Shown here in pieces: positions 45,408 to 53,967 of a stretch of 64,000 bases of DNA; position 1 is the first letter of the stretch, and the number at the start of each line of letters is the position of its first letter. The translations under genes and the position numbers were made by a program. The notes below the pieces were generated by a model, which saw only the letters and a program-made list of their open reading frames with translations, was not told the DNA's origin and searched no databases. The stretch comes from Mycobacteriales bacterium. Lineage in GTDB: Bacteria > Actinomycetota > Actinomycetes > Mycobacteriales > SCTD01. Where the stretch lies: the NCBI GenBank assembly GCA_046593875.1, contig JBKJQQ010000241.1, positions 18,455-82,454 on the forward strand, given 5' to 3'.

Positions 45408-45425
45408 GGGAGGGGCTCCTTCGAC

Positions 45426-45860
45426 TCAGGCGACGGTCAGGACGAGACGCGGATCCAGGACGAGCAGCAGCGCACCTGCACGCTGGTGCGCCGCGGTGCA
45501 CAACCTACGTATCTCATGGTCCACCGTCTCCGGAACGTCCTCACCCTCACCGTCAGCCACCTCGACCACGTCGCCCTCGCGGTCCACGACGAGGCTGATG
45601 TGCTCGTCGTCGAGCTCGACGATGACGTGCGCGACGTCGGTGTCGTGTTCGCGCGGGGGCATCCCCAGGCGCAGCCGGGCGTCCAGGACCGGCACGATCC
45701 GGCCGCGGAGGTTGAGCAGCCCGACCATGGCGCCCGGGGCCAGGGGCACCTCCGTCACGTGCTGGCCGCGCACGACCTCCACGACGTCGGCCACGGGCAG
45801 GGCCAGGTGGAGCCCGCCCACGGTGAAGGTGCAGAGCCGGTGCGCGAGGGCCGCGCTCAC
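45426..45860 (-). CDS. cheW: coupling protein CheW
   Basis: The GTG 45860 overlaps the cheA stop. LCTFTVGGLHLALPVADVVEV ... GLLNLRGRIVPVLD. Confidence 0.85.
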   Translation of the reverse strand: MSAALAHRLCTFTVGGLHLALPVADVVEVVRGQHVTEVPLAPGAMVGLLNLRGRIVPVLDARLRLGMPPREHDTDVAHVIVELDDEHISLVVDREGDVVEVADGEGEDVPETVDHEIRRLCTAAHQRAGALLLVLDPRLVLTVA

Positions 45861-47959
45861 CGCCGTGCCACCACCCCGGCGGAGGCTGCGAGCACGTCCA
45901 GGTCGAGCAGCTCGGCGACCCGCTCGTCGACGACGAGGCAGGCCTGCACCCCTGCCCTGCTGGCCGGCTGCGACGGGGTCTGCGGCTCGTCGACGACGTC
46001 GTCGATGGAGGCCACCACGAAACCCACCAGTCCCGAGGCGGTGTCGCACACCACCGTCGGCAGGCCGGCGAGCGCGGCCTCCGCGGTCGGTGCCCGGTCC
46101 ACCTGCCGACGCTCGGGCAGCAGGTCGGCGACCCGCGCGAGCGGCAGCAGCGCGTCGCCGTACTGCACGACCTCGAGCGTCCCGGTCCGCTCGACCCGAT
46201 CCGGGGCGAAGCTCTCCAGCCGCCGGACCGAGGACAGGCGGACGGCCATGCGGCCGCCGTCGGGGGCCGTGGTCAGGAGCAGGCCGCCGGCGCTGGTGGC
46301 ACCTCGTCCGACAACGCTGTCCTCGACCGGCGAGGCGACGATGCCGGCGGCGGAGGCGATCCCGGGGACGTCCAGGATCAGCGACGGCAGGCCGTCGCCG
46401 AGGACGGTGGTGCCGGCGTAGACCGGGATCCCGCGCAGCAGCCGAGGGACGGGCTTGACGACCGCGTCGGCAGCGTCGCCGACGTCGTCGACGAGCAGGC
46501 CGAAGTGGCGCCCGTCGGTCTCGACGAGCACCACGGCCAGCGAGCCGTCCTGCCGGCGGGCCGTCAGGCCGAGCCGCTCGGCGAGGTCGACCAGCGGCAG
46601 CAGCCGACCGCGCAGCCGCAGCAGCCGAGCGCCCTCGACGACGTCGACGCGCGCGGCGACCTCGTCGGCCTGCAGGACCGCGACCTCGAGCAGGTGCACC
46701 TGCGGCACCGCGTAGCGCTGGCCGTCGCACTGGACCACCAGCACCGGCATGATGGCCAGCGTCAGCGGGATGTTCAGCCGGAACAGCACCCCCTGGCCCT
46801 CCCTCGACAGCACCTCGACACTGCCGCCGACCTGCTCCAGCGAGGCGCGTACGACGTCCATGCCGACGCCGCGACCGGACGTGCTCGTCACTTCGTCGCG
46901 AGTGGACAGGCCGGCGTGGAACATCAGCTCCAGCGCCTCGGCGCGGGACATCGATGCGGCCTGCTCGGCCGTGCGGAGCCCGCCCGCCACGGCCTTCGCG
47001 AGCAGCCTTTCGGGGTCGACGCCACGGCCGTCGTCGGAGACCTCGACGTGCACGCGGCCGCCCTCGTGCGAGGCGGCGATGCGCAGCAGACCCGCGTCCG
47101 GCTTGCCCGCGGCCCGCCGCTCCTCGGGGGTCTCGATGCCGTGGTCGACGGCATTGCGGACCAGGTGCAGGAGCGGGTCACGAAGCGCCTCGTTGATGGC
47201 CTTGTCGACGCCGACGTGCTCTCCGCTGAGCTCGACGTCGACGCGCTTGCCGAGCGCCGTGGCCAGGTCGCGGGCGATGCGGTGGAACTTCCCGGTGACC
47301 GTCCCGACCGGCTGCAGTCGAGCGGTCATGACGTTGTCCTGCAGGTCGGCCGTCACCATGCGCAGGTCGCGGTAGGGGCCGGCCAGCGGACCGTCGTCGT
47401 CGAGTGCGGCGAGCGCGCCGATCCGGCTGCGGGCGAGCACCAGCTCGCCAACCAGGTCCATGAGCGTGTCCAGGACGCCCACGTCGACGCGCACCGAGGT
47501 CTCGGCGCCGCCGGGGACAGGCACCTCGAAGGTCTCCGGCGCCGGAGCGTCCTGCTGCGAGGCAGCAGCACCGTGCTCGGGCAGGTGGCTGCGCAGCTGC
47601 GCCGACAGCGCGTCGTGGCGGGCAGGGGGCTCGGCGGAGGTGCTCTCGATGACGCCGAGCACCTCGCGCACGGAGTCCACGAGCTGCAGCAGCGACGTCG
47701 TCGAGGCCGCGTCGAGCAGCACGTCCCCGGCGCGCAGCGCCCCGAGCAGGTCCTCACCCGCGTGCGCCAGCTCCTCGAGGCGCGGGAACCCGAGGAAGCC
47801 GCAGGTGCCCTTGAGCGTGTGGACCGCGCGGAACACCCGGGCCAGCAGCTCGGGGTCCTGCGGCCGGCTCTCGAGCCCGACCAGGTCGCGGTCGAGCTCG
47901 TCGAGGTTCTCCCTGCTCTCCTCCAGGAAGGCGAGCAGGATCTCCTCGTCCTCGGTCAC
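45857..47959 (-). CDS. cheA: chemotaxis histidine kinase CheA with a duplicated CheW-like C-terminal region
   Basis: Hpt domain (FRAVHTLKGTCGFLGF). Kinase boxes (HLVRNAVDHGIE, DDGRGVD, GRGVGMDVV). Two CheW-like segments (LVVQCDGQRYAVP... and LLLTTAPDGGRMAVRLSSV...). There is no receiver domain. Confidence 0.9.
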   Translation of the reverse strand: MTEDEEILLAFLEESRENLDELDRDLVGLESRPQDPELLARVFRAVHTLKGTCGFLGFPRLEELAHAGEDLLGALRAGDVLLDAASTTSLLQLVDSVREVLGVIESTSAEPPARHDALSAQLRSHLPEHGAAASQQDAPAPETFEVPVPGGAETSVRVDVGVLDTLMDLVGELVLARSRIGALAALDDDGPLAGPYRDLRMVTADLQDNVMTARLQPVGTVTGKFHRIARDLATALGKRVDVELSGEHVGVDKAINEALRDPLLHLVRNAVDHGIETPEERRAAGKPDAGLLRIAASHEGGRVHVEVSDDGRGVDPERLLAKAVAGGLRTAEQAASMSRAEALELMFHAGLSTRDEVTSTSGRGVGMDVVRASLEQVGGSVEVLSREGQGVLFRLNIPLTLAIMPVLVVQCDGQRYAVPQVHLLEVAVLQADEVAARVDVVEGARLLRLRGRLLPLVDLAERLGLTARRQDGSLAVVLVETDGRHFGLLVDDVGDAADAVVKPVPRLLRGIPVYAGTTVLGDGLPSLILDVPGIASAAGIVASPVEDSVVGRGATSAGGLLLTTAPDGGRMAVRLSSVRRLESFAPDRVERTGTLEVVQYGDALLPLARVADLLPERRQVDRAPTAEAALAGLPTVVCDTASGLVGFVVASIDDVVDEPQTPSQPASRAGVQACLVVDERVAELLDLDVLAASAGVVARR

Positions 47960-49605
47960 TGCCTCGCTGCCCCCGTCGTGGCGCCGCGCTGGGCGCCGAG
48001 GGTGAAGCGGCCGACCAGCCCGAGCAGCTCGGACGACAGGCGGGCGAGCTCCTCCGCCGCGCGATGGGCCTCGCTCGCCCCTTGGGTCGTGCCGCGCGCG
48101 GTCTCGGCGACGCCGGTGATGTTGCGGGCGATCTCGCTCGCACCGGTCGCCGCCTCGGTGACGCTGCGGCCGATCTCGTCCGTCGTGACGGCCTGCTCCT
48201 CGACCGCGGCGGCGATGACCGTCTGGATGTCGTTGATGCGCTGGATGATCTCGGTGATCTGCCCGATGGCCTCGACGGCGTTGCGGGTGTCCTCCTGGAT
48301 CGTCCCGATCTTGCGCCCGATCTCCTCGCTGGACGTGGCGGTCTTGCGTGCGAGGTCCTTCACCTCGCCGGCGACGACGGCGAAGCCCTTGCCGACCTCG
48401 CCGGCCCGCGCCGCCTCGATCGTCGCGTTGAGGGCGAGCAGGTTGGTCTGCTCGGCGATGGAGGTGATGACCTTGACGACCTCGCCGATCTCGACCGAGC
48501 TCGCCCCGAGGCGGAGCACCGTGATGTTGGCCTGCTCCGCGACCCGCACGGCCTGACCCGCCACCTGCGCGGCCTCTGTGGCGCTCTTGGCGATCTCGGC
48601 AATGCTCGCGCCGAGCTCCTCGGCGCCGGCCGACACCGTCTGCACGTTGTTCGACACCTGCTCGGCGGCCACGGAGACGGTGCCCGCCTGCACGGCCGTC
48701 TCCTCGGCAGCGGCGCTCATCTGCTGGCTCACCGCGCTGAGCTCCTCGGACGCCGAGCTGAGCGTCGCCGAGCTCCTGGCGATGCCGTCGACCGTGTCGC
48801 TCATCTGGTCGAGCGTCTCGTTCAGGGCGGCGCCCATCTGGCCCAGCTCGTCGTCGGAGGTGTCGCTCAGGCGGGTCCTGAGGTCGCCGCCCGCGACAGC
48901 CCGCAGGACCGACACGGTGCGGGCCAGTGGCCGGGTCAGCGAGCGCGTGATGAGCACGGCGAGGACTCCGGCCAGCAGCAGCGCGAGCAGCGAGACGACG
49001 ATCAGCGTGGTGCGGGTGCGGTTGGAGCTGGCCCGGGCCTCGGCGACCTCGCGCTCGGCGCGCTCCTGAACGCCCTCGGCCAGCAGGCCGGCGCCTTCGG
49101 CGATGCGCTCGTAGACCACCAGCTCCTCGCCCAGGACCAACGCGGTGGCGCTGTTGCGGGCGGCCGGCGTGCCCTGCGCGTACAGGCTGATGATCTGCTC
49201 GTCGATCGCCATGAAGCGGTCGAAGTCGGCGTTGATCCGACGGATGACGTCCCGGTCCCCGGCCAGCCGGTCATCGCTCTCGATGACGGCGAGCTCGTCG
49301 CGGAACGCCTCTGCGGACTCGAGGAAGCTGCGGCGATTGCTCCCCTCCTCGTCTGTGGCAGCACGAGCGGTGCGTACCGCGTCGAAGGCGTACGCGGTCT
49401 GCCACCCGTTGACGTCCGCCGCCCGGAACTTCAGCTGCAGCACCTCTTCGGTGATGCGCACGTCGGCCGACAGGCGCTCCCGCGACTGAGCCTCGGACCG
49501 CAGCCCCAGCATCGCTACCGCGACCACCGCCACGAGCAGCAGCACGACGCACCCGAAGGCCGCCGCCAGTCGTGTACCCATGCGCGCACTGCGCAGGCCA
49601 GCCAT
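47956..49605 (-). CDS. methyl-accepting chemotaxis protein (two TM segments, periplasmic sensor, HAMP)
   Basis: N-terminal TM segment, ~170-aa extracytoplasmic segment, second TM segment and a HAMP region. Highly conserved signalling tip EQTNLLALNATIEAARAGEVGKGFAVVAGEVKDLA. Confidence 0.9.
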   Translation of the reverse strand: MAGLRSARMGTRLAAAFGCVVLLLVAVVAVAMLGLRSEAQSRERLSADVRITEEVLQLKFRAADVNGWQTAYAFDAVRTARAATDEEGSNRRSFLESAEAFRDELAVIESDDRLAGDRDVIRRINADFDRFMAIDEQIISLYAQGTPAARNSATALVLGEELVVYERIAEGAGLLAEGVQERAEREVAEARASSNRTRTTLIVVSLLALLLAGVLAVLITRSLTRPLARTVSVLRAVAGGDLRTRLSDTSDDELGQMGAALNETLDQMSDTVDGIARSSATLSSASEELSAVSQQMSAAAEETAVQAGTVSVAAEQVSNNVQTVSAGAEELGASIAEIAKSATEAAQVAGQAVRVAEQANITVLRLGASSVEIGEVVKVITSIAEQTNLLALNATIEAARAGEVGKGFAVVAGEVKDLARKTATSSEEIGRKIGTIQEDTRNAVEAIGQITEIIQRINDIQTVIAAAVEEQAVTTDEIGRSVTEAATGASEIARNITGVAETARGTTQGASEAHRAAEELARLSSELLGLVGRFTLGAQRGATTGAARQ

Positions 49606-49692
49606 GTGCGGGTCCCCTCGTCACGATCACCTGCGCGGACCGTAACGTTCGTCGGCCCGCGCGGACGCGCGAACCGCCGCAGCGGGTGCTAG

Positions 49693-50064
49693 CTAGCGGA
49701 CCCCGAGCAGGTCGACCACGAACACGAGCGTCTCGCCGCCCTTGATGGTGCCACCGGCACCGCGGGCGCCGTACCCGAGCTCGGGCGGGATCGTCAGCCG
49801 GCGACGTCCGCCGACCTTCATCCCGGCCACGCCCTGGTCCCAGCCCCCGATGACCTGACCCTGGCCGAGCCCGAAGGTGAAGGGCTGGCCGCGGTCCCAC
49901 GAGGCGTCGAACTGCTGCTTGGTGGACCACGCCACGCCGACGTACTGCATCGTGCAGGTCGTGCCGGAGGTGGCCTCGGGGCCGTCGCCGACGGTGAGGT
50001 CCTCGAGCTGCAGCTCGGTCGGCGCAGGGCCGTCGGGGATCTGGACGTCAGGCTTCTCGGTCAT
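49693..50064 (-). CDS. FKBP-type peptidyl-prolyl cis-trans isomerase
   Basis: QYVGVAWSTKQQFDASWDRGQPFTFGLGQGQVIGGWDQGVAGMKVGGRRRLTIPPELGYG. Confidence 0.9.
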   Translation of the reverse strand: MTEKPDVQIPDGPAPTELQLEDLTVGDGPEATSGTTCTMQYVGVAWSTKQQFDASWDRGQPFTFGLGQGQVIGGWDQGVAGMKVGGRRRLTIPPELGYGARGAGGTIKGGETLVFVVDLLGVR

Positions 50065-50077
50065 GCGGCCGAGCGTG

Positions 50078-51436
50078 TCACATGCTGGCGATGAGCTTCT
50101 CGACGCGGTCGTCGACGGCCCGGAAGGGGTCCTTGCACAGGACGGTGCGCTGGGCCTGGTCGTTCAGCTTCAGGTGCACCCAGTCGACGGTGAAGTCGCG
50201 CCGCTTCTCCTGCGCGCTCTTGATGAACTCCCCGCGCAGCCGCGCGCGCGTGGTCTGCGGCGGCAGCGTCTTGGCCTCGAAGACGGCCAGGTCGGTCGTC
50301 GCGCGCTCGACCGCGCCGGAGTTCTCGAGCAGGTAGTAGAGCCCGCGCCGGCGGTTGACGTCGTGGTAGGCGAGGTCGAGCTGCGCGATGCGCGGGCTGG
50401 ACAGCGGGAGGTCGTGCTTGAGCCGGTAGCGCTCGATGACCTGCAGCTTGGTCACCCAGTCGATCTCGCGGTCCACCAGGGACAGGTCACCGGTCTCGAC
50501 GGCCGTCAGCGTGCGGCCCCAGAGGTCGAGCACGCGCATCACGGTGGCGTCACCGCCGCGGCGGGCGATGAAGTCGGTGGCCTTGGAGTGGTACTCGCGC
50601 TGGATCTCCAGCGCGCTGGCCTCCCGGCCGTTGGCGAGCTTGACCTTGCGCCGACCGGTGATGTCGTGGCTGATCTCGCGGATCGCCCGGATCGGGTTCT
50701 CCAGCGTGAGGTCGCGCATGACGACGCCGGCCTCGATCATCCGCAGCACCAGGTCGGTCGCGCCGATCTTGAGCAGCGTCGTGCACTCGTTCATGTTGCT
50801 GTCGCCGACGATGACGTGCAGCCGACGGAAGCGCTCGGCGTCGGCGTGCGGCTCGTCGCGCGTGTTGATGATCGGGCGGCTACGGGTCGTCGCGCTGGAG
50901 ACGCCCTCCCAGATGTGCTCGGCGCGCTGGCTCACGCAGTAGACGGCGCCGCGCGGCGTCTGCAGGACCTTGCCGGCGCCGACGACGATCTGCCGGCTCA
51001 CGAGGAACGGGATGAGCACGTCGGCGAGCCGGCTGAACTCGCCCTGCCGTCCGACCAGGAAGTTCTCGTGACAGCCGTAGGAGTTGCCCGCGCTGTCGGT
51101 GTTGTTCTTGAACAGGTAGATGTCGCCCGCGATGCCCTCCTCGCGCAGGCGCCGCTCGGCGTCCATCAGCAGGCCTTCGAGGATCCGCTCGCCGGCCTTG
51201 TCGTGCGTGACGAGGTCGACGGCGCTGTCGCACTCCGGAGTGGCGTACTCCGGGTGCGAGCCGACGTCGAGGTAGAGCCGCGCGCCGTTGCGCAGGAAGA
51301 CGTTGCTGCTGCGGCCCCAGCTCACGACGCGGCGGAACAGGTAGCGGGCCACCTCGTCGGGCGAGAGCCGCCGTTGCCCGCGGAAGGTGCAGGTCACGCC
51401 GTACTCGTTCTCGATCCCGAAGATCCGACGCTCCAC
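50078..51436 (-). CDS. pafA: Pup-protein ligase PafA
   Basis: [35 protein letters not shown] and NSYGCHENF, in a 452-aa protein. Confidence 0.9.
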   Translation of the reverse strand: MERRIFGIENEYGVTCTFRGQRRLSPDEVARYLFRRVVSWGRSSNVFLRNGARLYLDVGSHPEYATPECDSAVDLVTHDKAGERILEGLLMDAERRLREEGIAGDIYLFKNNTDSAGNSYGCHENFLVGRQGEFSRLADVLIPFLVSRQIVVGAGKVLQTPRGAVYCVSQRAEHIWEGVSSATTRSRPIINTRDEPHADAERFRRLHVIVGDSNMNECTTLLKIGATDLVLRMIEAGVVMRDLTLENPIRAIREISHDITGRRKVKLANGREASALEIQREYHSKATDFIARRGGDATVMRVLDLWGRTLTAVETGDLSLVDREIDWVTKLQVIERYRLKHDLPLSSPRIAQLDLAYHDVNRRRGLYYLLENSGAVERATTDLAVFEAKTLPPQTTRARLRGEFIKSAQEKRRDFTVDWVHLKLNDQAQRTVLCKDPFRAVDDRVEKLIASM

Positions 51437-51830
51437 AGGTGGCAGCCTCGCACGGGAGCGAGCTCGACCGCTGCGCGCAAGGCCCAGGCAGTGCCACCGG
51501 TCGTTGCCGTCCTACCCCACGCGCCGACGGTCCCGCGCTGTGGGCTCCAGCCTGGGCACCGGGGACCCGGGAGATCACACCGGACGTCCTCAGCTCACCG
51601 TACGGACGGCCTTCCCCCGGTGAGTGTCGTCTCGCGCCCGTCCTCGTCGACCGCCAGCGGACGGTCGGGCATCGGGTTCGGCATGAGGAGCGGCCTGTCC
51701 CGGTCGGGAGCGACCTCCCGCAGGCGGTCGTTCTGCTCCGCATTGATCCGGCCGTAACTGGGGTGGGCGATCGAAAGGAGTCGGCCTGAGTGGGAGGGTC
51801 GACCTCACGGTCCTAGCACCGCACGTGTCA

Positions 51831-52436
51831 CTACTCTGCTTCGGCGAGGAGCGCGTCGATGCCGGTGACCAGCACGCGCCGCACCCTCGCGGGCGTCAGG
51901 TCGCTGCGTCGACTCAGGTGCTCGATTGACTCGAACTGCAGCAGCAGGTCCATGCAGCGCAGTAGCGCCTTGGCGCGAACGCCGCCGATCGAGCGGAGCT
52001 CCCGGGCGAAGTGCTCCTCAAGCTGCGTGAAGAGCTGGCGGCGCCGGGCGTCGAGCGCCTCGTTGACCAGCGGCGCCGAGGGACCGCGCAGCACTGCCGC
52101 CCGCGCCTCCGGGCCGAGCGCTGCGTAGAGCACGAGCCGGTGGTCGACGAGGCGGGTGATCCGGTCGTCGAGCTCACCCTCGCCGAGGTCGGGGAAGAGG
52201 AACAGCGGCTCGGCCAGCGTCACCCGGCGCGCGATCGCGGCGCGGAACAGCGCCTCGGTGTCCTCGAAGTAGCGGTACACCGACCGCAGCGAGACGCCGG
52301 AGCGAGCCGCGACGGCCTCCGCCGTGGGGGTGTAGTTGCCCTCGACGAACAGCTCCCGTACGGCGTCGAGCACCGCCTCGCTGTTGCGGTCACGGCGCGC
52401 AGTCCGCCCGTCCACCTGGGCCCTGGCCGTCGTCAT
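51831..52436 (-). CDS. TetR family transcriptional regulator
   Basis: ATG 52436 overlaps the FGE stop (ATGA). HTH region: YTPTAEAVAARSGVSLRSVYRYFEDTEALF. Confidence 0.8.
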   Translation of the reverse strand: MTTARAQVDGRTARRDRNSEAVLDAVRELFVEGNYTPTAEAVAARSGVSLRSVYRYFEDTEALFRAAIARRVTLAEPLFLFPDLGEGELDDRITRLVDHRLVLYAALGPEARAAVLRGPSAPLVNEALDARRRQLFTQLEEHFARELRSIGGVRAKALLRCMDLLLQFESIEHLSRRSDLTPARVRRVLVTGIDALLAEAE

Positions 52437-53314
52437 GCAATGCTCCTCAGGCCGGTGGCGCACCGGAAGCCGGTGTTGCCCATGCTGCTGGCGGCCGCGG
52501 CGCCGCTGCGGGCGGCAGGACGGTAGCGCCGGCAGTACGACGCGTGGCAGAGGTACGAGCCGCCCTTCAGGACACGCATCCCGGACCCGGGTTCCCGCTC
52601 GTCGGCCGTCCACTCCCAGACGTTGCCGATCATGTTGTGCAGCCCATAGCCGTTCTGCGGGAACGCGTCGACGGGACAGGTTGTGAACCAGCCGTCCGCG
52701 CGGGTGTTGCGGGCGGGGAACTCGCCCTGCCAGACGTTGGCGAGGTGCTGCCCCTGTGGCTCGAGCTCGTCGCCCCACGGGAAGGTGGTGACGCTGCCGC
52801 CGCGCGCCGCGTGCTCCCACTCGACCTCCGTCGGCAGGCGCTTGCCCGCCCACGCCGCGAACGCCGCCGCATCGTCCGCACCGACGTGCACGACCGGGTG
52901 GTCCGTGCGCCCGTCGAGGTCGCTGCGCCGACCCTCCGGGTGGCGCCACGAGGCGCCCTCGACCTGGCGCCACCAGGGGGCGCCCACAACACCCCTCGTC
53001 TCGGGGAAGTCGTCCGGCAGCGCGCCCCCGAAGACGAAGGACCAGGCGTGCCGCTCGGCCGCCGTCACGTGCCCCGTCGCCTCGACGAAAGCGGCGAAGC
53101 GCGCGTTCGACACCGCGTGCACGTCGAGCCGGAAGGGCTCGATCGGCACGTGGCGCACGGGCGTCTCGCCGTCCTCGGGGTAGCTCCACCTGCTCCTGTC
53201 ACCGATCAGGGCGAGGCCGCCCGGGACGTCGACCATCGGGGCGTGGTCGACGCCGGTCCGGCTCGCCCGCTCCCTGGGCGGGAGGATCGGACCGGACGGC
53301 GTGCAGCAGCTCAC
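52433..53314 (-). CDS. formylglycine-generating enzyme (SUMF1/FGE family)
   Basis: MVDVPGG, VSNARFAAFVEATG, LPTEVEWEHAARGG, YGLHNMIGNVWEWT, RVLKGGSYLCHASYCRRYRPAAR. The GTG 53314 overlaps the upstream TetR stop. Confidence 0.85.
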   Translation of the reverse strand: MSCCTPSGPILPPRERASRTGVDHAPMVDVPGGLALIGDRSRWSYPEDGETPVRHVPIEPFRLDVHAVSNARFAAFVEATGHVTAAERHAWSFVFGGALPDDFPETRGVVGAPWWRQVEGASWRHPEGRRSDLDGRTDHPVVHVGADDAAAFAAWAGKRLPTEVEWEHAARGGSVTTFPWGDELEPQGQHLANVWQGEFPARNTRADGWFTTCPVDAFPQNGYGLHNMIGNVWEWTADEREPGSGMRVLKGGSYLCHASYCRRYRPAARSGAAAASSMGNTGFRCATGLRSIA

Positions 53315-53940
53315 GCCGCCGCTCCGAGGGTCTGCAGCACGAGCCGGCGCATGATCCGTCGGGCCACCTGGTCGGGCAGCCCGAGCTCCGCGCGCAGGTG
53401 GTACCAGGTGGACCACGTGCTGATGGTCTCGACGGCGGCGACCAGCTCGTCGTGGTCCTGCGCAGGCAGCCGCTCCAGCTCGGGGGCGAAGGTGGCCGCC
53501 ACGTCCCCGAGGCTCAGTCCGGCCATGGCGGCCCGCCGACTGCTCAGCACCGGCGAGCTCTGCTCCCGGATGCGGACGGAGAGCGAGAACGGCGTCAGGA
53601 AGCGGTAGATCTCGTCTCGATTGTCGAGGAACAGCTCCAGCCGCTCCGCCAGCGGGAGGTCCGGGTCCGGCGCCTGCCGGAGGAGCTGCACATCCTGCGA
53701 CACCGACTCGGCTGTCGCGGCGAAGAGCGCCTCCACCTCGGGGAAGTGGGCGAACAGCGTGCGCGGGCTGACGCCGGCAGCCTCCGCGATCCGCGAGGTC
53801 GTCGGGGCCATCTCGCCCTGCTGGATCAGCGAGCGGTGCGCAGCCACGATCGCCGCCCGCGTCCGGGTGGAGCGCTCGTGCCGCCCGTCCGGGCGTCGCG
53901 TGGCGGTCACGGTCGTCAGCGTAGGACCTCCGGATGGCAC
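53311..53940 (-). CDS. TetR family transcriptional regulator
   Basis: HTH region: APTTSRIAEAAGVSPRTLFAHFPEVEALF. An internal GTG a few codons downstream is an alternative start. Confidence 0.8.
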   Translation of the reverse strand: MPSGGPTLTTVTATRRPDGRHERSTRTRAAIVAAHRSLIQQGEMAPTTSRIAEAAGVSPRTLFAHFPEVEALFAATAESVSQDVQLLRQAPDPDLPLAERLELFLDNRDEIYRFLTPFSLSVRIREQSSPVLSSRRAAMAGLSLGDVAATFAPELERLPAQDHDELVAAVETISTWSTWYHLRAELGLPDQVARRIMRRLVLQTLGAAA

Positions 53941-53967
53941 TGGGAGCGGCGCCGCTCAGGGGAACTT

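Noticed and set aside
51439-51808. Track ORFs 51439..51789 (+), 51590..51808 (-) and the 5' part of 50880..51743 (-) in the pafA upstream gap
   Set aside because: They are Arg/Pro/Gly-rich with no motifs, and they mutually overlap. None has an RBS or a plausible start context.
53944-53957. Perfect GC-rich 14-nt palindrome GAGCGGCGCCGCTC immediately upstream of the TetR start
   Set aside because: Short GC palindromes of this type are frequent by chance in such GC-rich DNA, and there is no second copy in the related control regions.
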